DNA of 64,000 bases from Bacteroidaceae bacterium (GTDB lineage: Bacteria > Bacteroidota > Bacteroidia > Bacteroidales > Bacteroidaceae): NCBI GenBank assembly GCA_045650605.1, contig JAZRRI010000036.1, positions 18,755 through 82,754 of the forward strand, written 5' to 3'. This document shows positions 56,611 through 64,000 of the stretch, one piece after another. The notes under the pieces are model-generated. The model did no database searches and was not told the DNA's origin. It worked only from the letters and a program-made list of their open reading frames with translations. Within the stretch, counting starts at the first letter, position 1; each line of letters starts with the position of its first letter. The position numbers were made by a program, and so were the translations under genes.

Positions 56611-56789
56611 CGGACACGGCATGCCGTGTCCCTACAGTTGATACATAAAACTCGCGCGAGGTTTTTCTCGCGCGAGTGATAATTATAGGTTAATGCTCAA
56701 CCTTTCTGTTTTCAAGTTCCCTCTCCTTGGGAGAGGGTTAGGGTGAGGCCCTTTATTCCCTTCCCTTTGGGAGAGGTTAGGGTGAGGCC
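56611..56789 (-). repeat. composite 3'-flank module (F x2, GC hairpin, palindrome C) after T9SS cargo gene 1
   Basis: Palindrome ggacacggcatgccgtgtcc+ctac (56612-56635). Hairpin actcgcgcgag-gttttt-ctcgcgcgagt (56650-56677). Two copies of ccctc(t)cc.ttgggagagg(g)ttagggtgaggcc (56719-56750, 56758-56789). Confidence 0.7.
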
Positions 56790-56790
56790 A

Positions 56791-59700
56791 TTACTTAACC
56801 AAAACCTTTTTGCCGTTTACAATGTAGATACCTGGCTTGGTGATAGTCTCAACCTTGCGGCCGGTGAGGTCGTAGATGACTTCTACATTTCCGTTTTCAC
56901 CTTTCACATCTTCAATTGATGTCTGGTCCTCATTGTATACTACAAGGTTGATTCTGATGTCCTCTGCTGGGCTTTTACCAGTGACTTCACTTACTATGCA
57001 TTCGCTTGGAATGGTTATATAGTAATCTCCATTTATGGTTATAGCAGATTCCAATACGATTGTCAGGATTTCGCCTGCCAATGTCCAGTTACCCATGCCA
57101 GCCGGGAATATGTCATTTTCTGCATTGTATATGGGGAATTGATCGGATGACAGTATGCCTTCAAGTCTTATGGCCTCGCTGAATGTGATGCTGATAGTTT
57201 TAAGCTCTGTAGTGTATGAATTGGGAGAGTAGCTGAGTATAGATGGAGGGTTTGAAACTCCGTAAAGCGATGGATAGACTGTGGCATCAGTCGCGTTTTC
57301 TTCTCTTACGACAACTATTGCACTGTTCTCATATGCAAGAACAAAACCTTCCTTTTTCATCTTTGCAACACCGTCCTCAATGGTAACGCTCCATGCGCTG
57401 TTGTGGTATGTGGTGGATGTCTTTATCTCATCCTTTGTGCCTATTGCTGTTGCTGTCAGGTACAGGCCGTTTGCATCCTTGATGTAGAACTCTCCATTGC
57501 CTGCAGGCTCAAAGCTGTATGCATAGTAAGCAGCATCGGTTACGTTATCGCCATTGATGCTTGTCTGCTTGGTTGGGAGCACACCGTTGCTGAATGGCTG
57601 TGCAATGGCATTGTTTGCTACAATGAAATATTTTCCGCTTGCCATGACATTTGCCTTGGGATATGCAGCCTCTTCGCTTATGATATACTCGGCGCTTGAA
57701 GATGCACTTACATAGGTTTTATCGCCATATGTGAGCTCTACAACAACCTTTAGTGTGCAGCTCTCGCTGATGGTGATGGTACCGTCTGTCTCCTCGTCCT
57801 CAACTGTGGGTTCGTTGCCATCGGTTGTGTAGTAGTATGTAATATCTGTTACGCCCTTAATGTCAGCTGTAACAGAGTGTACATTTACTGTCTGCTCACC
57901 AATATATACACCGCTTTCAGGGGTGATGACAGGTGCCTCGAGCTTGTTGTCTCTTGGGTAAACCTTAATGCCGGTGATGAACATGATACTTGAGTAGTTG
58001 CCACCGTTAGAACCTATAACAAGCTCGTAGACATTACCAGCCTCCTGGTTGTCGGCTGCAATTTCGTATGTGTATGTCGCTGTCGAACCAACGCAAGCTG
58101 TACTTACAGCGCTCTTGCCAACATATACATTCATGTCAACATTGGGATAACTGCTTGCCGAAGGGTGACCCACAACCTCAATTTTCTCAACAGCAAAGTC
58201 AAATGCAGGGAGAACAATCTTTGAACCCGGCTTTGCGATGCGCAAGTAACCGTTTTCATAGTAGAACTCACCTTTGTTTGCTGTCGGGTCAATTGTAATG
58301 CTCTTCTCACCGTCGGTGTATGTTTCTTTAGTCTTCACACCACGGAAGTTGACCATGTCGTATCCGGGGATTCCCCATGCATTGTTTGCAAAGTCGAATA
58401 CTGCTGTTTCGTTGAGAGATGTCGGAGCTGCTACCTCTGCAATTGTCCAAGAGAATACCTTCTCACCTGTCAAGCCCTCAATATTGCTGAGATCGAGAGT
58501 ATATGTACCTGGCTCTGTGATATCAATAGGCTCGTAGCTCATCATATCAACTGGGACATAAACGCCTGACATAGATACGAAGTAGAATGTCTTCTCGCCG
58601 CAAGTTACAGGGAAATAGTCTGCAGCCATACCGTTGCTGAATGTGATTGAGATAGCATCGAGGCTCTCCAATACACTGCCTGGAGCCGGGAGAATCTCTG
58701 TGATAGAGAACTCCTCAATAATTGGGTCACCATATGTGTAAGTCTTCACTGCCTCCTCGTTGGCCTCACCGTTTACAGTGTAAGCACCAGCAGGGAGTGT
58801 GAATGTATAGTCGCCCTTAGCGAACTCGAAGCCCTCGGCAAAGAACTCCTCGAAGACATACTCAATGTAGTAAGCATTGCTCCACTCATCATGGTACCAA
58901 TTGAGTGTAGAGGTGTAAACAGTTTCACCAAAAGTGATTGTAGCAACCTTTGTGTCGTCAACCTCTACAGACTCAGCATTTGCAATAGTAATCATTGCTG
59001 CTGTAGGCATGTACCATACCTGGTCAAGGTATGACTCCCATGTGTCGAAGTCGCGTGAAATCTCCAACTGTGGCTTGCGGTATGTGAAAGTGCTCTTTGC
59101 ATACTCTTCATTTGCAACACCGTCAACAGTGAACAGGCCGGCAGGAACATTGATAGTGTAACGACCCTCAGCGAACTCACCGTCGAATGCCAATGTGATG
59201 TACTGTGTGTTACCTGATTTCTCTACTGTAACAGCTGCTTCGTAAACAGTCTCACCTGTTGTCATTGTAGCCTTTACATCGTTGTTGATGACAACATCGC
59301 TCTTTGCATACTTCACGGTGATTACAAACTCGCTAAAGTCAGCAATGTTCTCAAATGTCTCGTTGTAGCAGAAACCTTCTTCGGCAGAAGGTGAAATCTC
59401 AACAGCTTTTTCTGCAACAGTGAACTCAAACTCACCGCCCTTGTACTCCTTGGTACCGTCAGCGTTGAAGATAACACCAGGAAGAACGACTACCTTGTAT
59501 GTACCAGGAGTCTCGATAGCTGTAGCTGAATAAGGAGTAGCAAAGTCATTGCTTGTACCGTTACCACCCATACACTTGTTGAGCTTGGCAACCTCGTTGC
59601 CTTCTGCGTCAAGGATGTAACCATAGTCGCCGCTCAGTTCGGTTGTGTATTTCTTAACAACCTCATCGAAGTTAATCTTCACACCCTGCAACTTGTACTG

Positions 59701-60771
59701 GCCGTTGATGGCTGTCTCAAGAGGGCTTCGGTCTGCGCTTACAGCCTCAAGAGCCTCAAGTTCTGCTGCAGGCTGCAACATTGCAAGAGCTGCTGTCGGG
59801 TCGAATTCCGTAGCCTCGATGAATGTAACCGCGTTGCCGGCATCAATGGCGCTCCAACTGTCAATAATCATTTGGTTGCTACCGCCAAGGTTGATGTATT
59901 TGTCGGTGTAACCCTTGAAATTCACGCGTACTCTGCAGTCACCCATAATTGAGGCATCGGCAAGCTCAATGGGCTCGGCAATGCCGGCAACAAGTGAACG
60001 GTCTGAATTTACAAACTTCTGTGCGCCTACGCTGTAGAGGTAGTAGTTTTCGCCATCGATGCTCAAAACTGCAAACTGCTGGCTTGCATCCTGTGAATCG
60101 GAGTTTGTGCCAAGGCCTGCATCATTGGTAGAGCAGAACTGTGTGTAGTTACCCTCGGTGTCCATCTGAACAGCCCAACCGCCGCGGCTTGTAGTGGTAA
60201 CGGTGTAGCACTTGTTCTGGTCGAATTCGGTGAGTTCGTTGGGGTAGTCAACAACAACAACTGTTGAAGCCTCGTGGTCAAGTATCTTGTAACAGTTGCC
60301 CGCGTCTTCTGTTGTCCAGCTGTTGACAAGGATTCCTGATCCTGTTTGGCCTGGATTCTGAGAGTTCAAGCCATTACCCGCAATACACAACTTCCAGTTG
60401 TATGTATTGTTTGCAGATGGAGTGAGCTCCAAAGCATCAACTGCGGTATCTGACCAAGAACCGTCTTTTGTCACATACTTGGCTGCGCCTACACTGTAAA
60501 GGTAGTAGTTGCCGTCAATCTGTTCAATCTTGAACTGCTGGTTTGCATCGTTCCAGTCTTTTGTAACTGTTGATGTACCAAGGTCCTTTGCTGTGCTGGT
60601 AGAGATACCGGTAGCGTTTGCAATTGTATTGTTCATCAAGAAGCAGCGTGCACTCTCAATGAAATACGTCTTGTCGTTGCTCAGCTGGTCTAAGCTGGTA
60701 ACGGTCACCTCCTGTGCTGTTGCTGTTACAAAAGCAACAACCAGTGACAAGAAAAATGTAAATTTTCTCAT
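56791..60771 (-). CDS. large secreted T9SS cargo protein (repeated lectin-like and Ig-like domains, Fn3-associated domain, Por C-terminal sorting domain)
   Basis: 1326 aa. Signal peptide MRKFTFFLSLVVAFVTATAQ. Duplicated N-terminal modules (QQFKIEQIDGNYYLYSVGAAKYV / QQFAVLSIDGENYYLYSVGAQKFV). Repeated YT..(V/L)PAG.(F/Y)TV(D/N)G.ANEE modules. APVITPESG...YYTTDGNEPT. C-terminal VIYDLTGRKVETITKPGIYIVNGKKVLVK. Confidence 0.85.
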   Translation of the reverse strand: MRKFTFFLSLVVAFVTATAQEVTVTSLDQLSNDKTYFIESARCFLMNNTIANATGISTSTAKDLGTSTVTKDWNDANQQFKIEQIDGNYYLYSVGAAKYVTKDGSWSDTAVDALELTPSANNTYNWKLCIAGNGLNSQNPGQTGSGILVNSWTTEDAGNCYKILDHEASTVVVVDYPNELTEFDQNKCYTVTTTSRGGWAVQMDTEGNYTQFCSTNDAGLGTNSDSQDASQQFAVLSIDGENYYLYSVGAQKFVNSDRSLVAGIAEPIELADASIMGDCRVRVNFKGYTDKYINLGGSNQMIIDSWSAIDAGNAVTFIEATEFDPTAALAMLQPAAELEALEAVSADRSPLETAINGQYKLQGVKINFDEVVKKYTTELSGDYGYILDAEGNEVAKLNKCMGGNGTSNDFATPYSATAIETPGTYKVVVLPGVIFNADGTKEYKGGEFEFTVAEKAVEISPSAEEGFCYNETFENIADFSEFVITVKYAKSDVVINNDVKATMTTGETVYEAAVTVEKSGNTQYITLAFDGEFAEGRYTINVPAGLFTVDGVANEEYAKSTFTYRKPQLEISRDFDTWESYLDQVWYMPTAAMITIANAESVEVDDTKVATITFGETVYTSTLNWYHDEWSNAYYIEYVFEEFFAEGFEFAKGDYTFTLPAGAYTVNGEANEEAVKTYTYGDPIIEEFSITEILPAPGSVLESLDAISITFSNGMAADYFPVTCGEKTFYFVSMSGVYVPVDMMSYEPIDITEPGTYTLDLSNIEGLTGEKVFSWTIAEVAAPTSLNETAVFDFANNAWGIPGYDMVNFRGVKTKETYTDGEKSITIDPTANKGEFYYENGYLRIAKPGSKIVLPAFDFAVEKIEVVGHPSASSYPNVDMNVYVGKSAVSTACVGSTATYTYEIAADNQEAGNVYELVIGSNGGNYSSIMFITGIKVYPRDNKLEAPVITPESGVYIGEQTVNVHSVTADIKGVTDITYYYTTDGNEPTVEDEETDGTITISESCTLKVVVELTYGDKTYVSASSSAEYIISEEAAYPKANVMASGKYFIVANNAIAQPFSNGVLPTKQTSINGDNVTDAAYYAYSFEPAGNGEFYIKDANGLYLTATAIGTKDEIKTSTTYHNSAWSVTIEDGVAKMKKEGFVLAYENSAIVVVREENATDATVYPSLYGVSNPPSILSYSPNSYTTELKTISITFSEAIRLEGILSSDQFPIYNAENDIFPAGMGNWTLAGEILTIVLESAITINGDYYITIPSECIVSEVTGKSPAEDIRINLVVYNEDQTSIEDVKGENGNVEVIYDLTGRKVETITKPGIYIVNGKKVLVK

Positions 60772-60996
60772 AAACGTTGGTTTTAGTTAATAGATAAAAA
60801 TTTGTGTCAGATTGTAATGCGAAAGGGTGTTTTGGCATGTTTTTGTACATAAAAAACATATACACCTCCTCTAAATTTACAAAATTAGGAAAATATATCC
60901 GTATTAATGGTATGTTCTGCAATTTATTTCTTGTATTCTCTTTTGTGGAGTGGATAAATCCGCAGTGTCAACGCTTTTTCCTTGTCCGCGATGGGC

Positions 60997-61112
60997 GGGA
61001 CACTACGTGCCGTGTCCCTACTGGTGGGGTGTAAAAAACTTGCACGAGAACAACTTCTCGCGCAAGTAGTATTTAGAGTTTTAACCTCTCCCTTTCGTTA
61101 GGGTGGGGTGAG
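60997..61112 (-). repeat. second copy of the composite module (degenerate palindrome C, GC hairpin, family F)
   Basis: ggacactacgtgccgtgtccctac (60998-61021), acttgcacgaga-acaac-ttctcgcgcaagt (61038-61067) and cctctccctttcgttagggtggggtgag (61085-61112), in the same order and orientation as 56611-56789. Confidence 0.65.
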
Positions 61113-61432
61113 TGTTTAGTTACTTTACAAGTACCTTATAACATAATTGGGCAAGGAATTCTCCCTGCCCAATTGTTTTCTTTGCCAGTTGGCTCGCTTT
61201 TTTTCAGCGACCCGCAGGGCACGACCTGCAGCCGTGCTGCCCGCGACTATTGCTCTCACGAAACCACTTCGTTCGCTGTAAAACATTAAAGCAAGCTTTA
61301 TGTTTCACTCACTTAATCGTGGTTTTCGCTAAAAAGCTCACCGATAGCAAAAAGTTACTTTACAAGTACCGCTGCGCTTTGCGCGAACTGCTTTCCGTTC
61401 GTTGCAAAACATCATGCGAGCTTGTGTTTTAC

Positions 61433-64000
61433 TCACTTAACCAGCACTTTCTTGCCATTGATAATGTAGATACCGGATTTTGTGATTTCTACAATGCGAC
61501 GGCCTGAAAGGTCGTAGATAACATCGTTCTCAACTTCTGCATCAACATCCTCAATGCCCTCTGGAACAGAAACCTCGAATGTGAATGTTTCACCGGCGAA
61601 CTCCTCACCGTCAGTAGCCTTGATAAGACCTGCAGGAATTGTGAATGTATAAGTACCTGGATTTGTAATCGTAGCATTCATTTCGAATACGAATGTCACC
61701 TTATTGCCGTCGATAGTAGCAGCGCTTACCCAAGCAGTAGCAACCACACCATTGTTAGCATCCTTCAACTTGATGTACTGTGCAGGACCGCTTGTGCCAC
61801 CAGTACCACCAGTACCGTCTGTGCCACCAGTTGTACCGTTAGTACCACCAGTTGCATCTGTGCCGTTAGTACCGCCAGTACCGTCTGTGCCACCTGCAGC
61901 CTGGATGAACTCGATAGCCTTGTTGAACTCGATAGTGATAGAGTTGAAGCTCTCAACAACCTCGTCAGCAGCTGGTGTCTGTGAAACTACAGCCAAAGCA
62001 ACGGGCTCAACACCGGCAACCTCTGTTACAAGGAATGTAGAACCAGCATCAGCGCCGCCTGTCCAATAAGCAAGCTTGTTCTCACGGTTGTTCATTCTGT
62101 AGTTAGTGCCATGCTGAGCAATGAAGAAACCATTTTCAGCAAATGTACTTGTGCTTACATCCCAGTGTGTGTTGTTACCCGCAGGAACTGCAGTTGCATC
62201 AACGAGAATTGGGAATGTATTACCATCGTTTCCATCAGGGTTTGCTGATGAAAGAATCTTGCCTTCACCTGCGAGCTTGTTCACAATCTGGTAACCTGTG
62301 AAAGGATTACCTACGAAAGCCCATGCATATGCATCGAGGTTCTCCTCTGGGAGAGACTCAACATTCAAAGGTATGTACTCCTGACCCTCAGCATAGTAAA
62401 GATAGTCTGGTTCGTTAGCATGGATAGTCATGTGATACCATTTCTCAATCTCGCCGTAGCTTGCAGCAGGAGCGAATGGCAACTGTGCAAGGTCGAGTTC
62501 GCAAATGATTTCGTAAGTAGCAGTCTCTGTAGCAGTCTCAGGAAGAACAGTCTGTGTTGCAACACCATAAGGCAATGTAACAGCAGGCATAGCAGTACCC
62601 TTGGCAACAGTGAATGTCTCGGTCTTTACAGTCTCGCCATTGTGTGTGTAGTTGTATGTGATATCAACCTCAGACAATACATTCAAATCCTCCACGCTTA
62701 CTTCGTAGAACTCAACAAACCAAACAGATGCAGGATTGGCATCGTTCCATGAACCGAGCTTGCGACCACTGTAGTGTACCAAAGACAAATTGTCGGGGTT
62801 GTTGTTTGAAATCATTGCACTGCCCTCAGTTGGAGTAGCAGTTTTGCCTCCAAGTGTAACGCTCTCTGTTACGATTCCAAGTGCGCTTGGTTCAGCGGCC
62901 AAGTTCTTCTGATTCTGCCATGGAGCCTGCCAGTACGCCTTCTTGTTTGCTGTTGCAATAGTAATAGAACCGTCGTCGGCCTTCTCTACGTACCAAACAT
63001 ATGTAGCCTCGTTGTTTGCACCGGCAGTAGGAGCCTTTGTTGCAATTGAAACAGCTGAGTTTACATTCTCATAATCAGCCTTGATATATCCAAGGTCACC
63101 TGAACCTGCAGCATCAGCGTTCACCTGCTTCAACAAGTAGTAACCAGTCTCGATTTCTGCAGGATTTGTAATCTCAGTTGGAACGTTGTTCAAACCTACA
63201 ACGAGTCCGTCAACAGTCGGAACCTCCGGCTCTGGCTCAACAACTGTTGCTTTAACAGTCCAAGAGAATGAACCCTCGCAAACACCACCCTCAAGCTTTA
63301 TTTGAGAGAGGTCGAGTGTGTATGTGCCTGCCGCTGTGATTGGTTCGGCAGGAGTAAATACAGCCTTGCTCCAAACATTGGCATCGTCAGAAGTTGTAAG
63401 CTTTATAACATTGTTGTTCTCATCAACAAGGTTAACTGTATAGAAATCCCATGTAGCAGGATCCTGTGACAATATAATGTCTTCTGTAAACTTGATTTCA
63501 ATCTTTTCAATAGCCTCTACCTCGGCACCGTTTGCAGGAGTAACACTTTCAATCTCGAACACCTTTGCTGCAGGAGCCGCTATTGTGAACTGTGCCGAGA
63601 TAATCTCCTCGCTTGGCTTGCCGTTTACTGTAAATGCGCCTGCGGGAGCATAAACCATATAAGTACCAGGAGTGCTGAATCCATCAAACTGGACAGCTAC
63701 AAGCTGCATGCCGTTACTCAAGAGGTCGCCGAACATGATGCCTGAAGCCTCGGCAACTGCACCGCCTATAGCTGGGTCAAAGATGCATACCTTTGGAGCA
63801 TCTGCAGCCTCGGCAAGAACAGCGTTGTTGTCGCTTGCTGCAAAAACAACAAAGCCGAGTTTGCTTACGGTTCCCTCCAATGGGCTTGGGTTCATGGAGT
63901 CATCCAATGCATATATGTCGAATGTTACAGCCTCTGGCTCTGGTTCAACTGCTGTGATCTCACGCTCGGTAAGGAGGAGGGTAGAACCGGCGTCATTGTC
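61433..64000 (-). CDS. T9SS cargo surface protein, paralogue of 56791-60771 (5' end outside the window)
   Basis: The frame stays open to position 64000 (the apparent start at 63907 is an internal TTG). Shared modules (GTYMVYAPAGAFTVNGKPSEE, GTYTFTIPAGLI). Gly/Thr-rich linker. C-terminal VIYDLSGRRIVEITKSGIYIINGKKVLVK. Confidence 0.85.
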   Translation of the reverse strand, partial: DNDAGSTLLLTEREITAVEPEPEAVTFDIYALDDSMNPSPLEGTVSKLGFVVFAASDNNAVLAEAADAPKVCIFDPAIGGAVAEASGIMFGDLLSNGMQLVAVQFDGFSTPGTYMVYAPAGAFTVNGKPSEEIISAQFTIAAPAAKVFEIESVTPANGAEVEAIEKIEIKFTEDIILSQDPATWDFYTVNLVDENNNVIKLTTSDDANVWSKAVFTPAEPITAAGTYTLDLSQIKLEGGVCEGSFSWTVKATVVEPEPEVPTVDGLVVGLNNVPTEITNPAEIETGYYLLKQVNADAAGSGDLGYIKADYENVNSAVSIATKAPTAGANNEATYVWYVEKADDGSITIATANKKAYWQAPWQNQKNLAAEPSALGIVTESVTLGGKTATPTEGSAMISNNNPDNLSLVHYSGRKLGSWNDANPASVWFVEFYEVSVEDLNVLSEVDITYNYTHNGETVKTETFTVAKGTAMPAVTLPYGVATQTVLPETATETATYEIICELDLAQLPFAPAASYGEIEKWYHMTIHANEPDYLYYAEGQEYIPLNVESLPEENLDAYAWAFVGNPFTGYQIVNKLAGEGKILSSANPDGNDGNTFPILVDATAVPAGNNTHWDVSTSTFAENGFFIAQHGTNYRMNNRENKLAYWTGGADAGSTFLVTEVAGVEPVALAVVSQTPAADEVVESFNSITIEFNKAIEFIQAAGGTDGTGGTNGTDATGGTNGTTGGTDGTGGTGGTSGPAQYIKLKDANNGVVATAWVSAATIDGNKVTFVFEMNATITNPGTYTFTIPAGLIKATDGEEFAGETFTFEVSVPEGIEDVDAEVENDVIYDLSGRRIVEITKSGIYIINGKKVLVK
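61787..61897 (-). repeat. imperfect short tandem repeats encoding a Gly/Thr-rich linker
   Basis: Reiterated (ggt/agt)acc(a/g)cc-type units on the plus strand encode GGTDGTGGTNGTDATGGTNGTTGGTDGTGGTGGTSG. Confidence 0.75.

Larger units (their letters stand above)
55000..56790. repeat. 1.8-kb non-coding tract saturated with short interspersed, inverted and tandem repeat families
   Basis: Only Ala/Arg/Pro-rich ORFs that are built from repeats. Contains families A (55102-55130, 56568-56594), B (55238-55300, inverted at 55627-55671, 56123-56403), C palindromes (55148-55171, 56612-56635), D (55450-55505) and F (56719-56789). Confidence 0.8.

Noticed and set aside
55000-56790. Possible CRISPR array, given the many short repeats.
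   Set aside because: The repeats belong to several different families, occur in both orientations and have irregular spacing. The only tandem unit is ~134-139 bp. There is no uniform 28-37 nt repeat/spacer alternation and no cas genes.
60772-60996. Invertible (phase-variable) promoter upstream of T9SS cargo gene 1.
   Set aside because: I found no pair of inverted repeats bracketing the TAnnTTTG-like box (60880-60887) and no site-specific recombinase gene in the window. The palindromes nearby belong to the 3' module of the upstream gene.
1-64000. tRNA, rRNA or known riboswitch genes.
   Set aside because: Scanning by eye found no tRNA-like T-arm/acceptor pattern (GGTTCGAATCC type), no rRNA segments and no recognisable riboswitch cores. 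This is a weak negative, since no covariance-model search could be run.

Overview
The window looks like a Bacteroidales (Prevotella-like) chromosome. Evidence for that is the Bacteroides-type TAnnTTTG -7 promoter boxes, two T9SS C-terminal-sorting cargo genes, and the gene content. About two thirds is ordinary housekeeping: upp, pgi, gpsA, lysS, valS, mazG, rnz, rpsA, prmC, recX, comF, apbE, a UDP-xylose synthase, and a GT2/DUF4199/nucleotidyltransferase cell-envelope cluster. The standout is a roughly 21.6-kb accessory island (about 7.8-29.4 kb) with every gene on the minus strand. Parts of it are visibly AT-rich, and a decayed IS4-family element with recognisable terminal inverted repeats splits it. 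The island holds 3 canonical TIR domains and 2 paralogous membrane proteins with a TIR-like LRGF...CIWEI domain. It also has a SIR2-like-TIR fusion translationally coupled to a transmembrane STAND P-loop NTPase with YD repeats, and 3 RyR-type domains. The rest is a CASTOR/POLLUX-like channel with RCK-like Rossmann domains, an ECF sigma with an overlapping papain/C39-like RyR partner, PrsW and M48 proteases, a PP2C phosphatase, and several zinc-ribbon proteins. I read it as a candidate, apparently unnamed, envelope-sensing NADase/abortive-infection type conflict system. One TIR gene is cut by an in-frame TAA in the middle of a PDZ domain. A second theme is repetitive DNA. There are MITE-like palindromic elements in housekeeping intergenic gaps and a 1.8-kb repeat-saturated non-coding tract with a ~134-139 bp tandem repeat. 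A composite hairpin module is duplicated 3' of two paralogous T9SS cargo genes, and fossil VLVK-stop gene ends lie between those genes. All calls come from reading the translations and sequence by eye; no searches were run.
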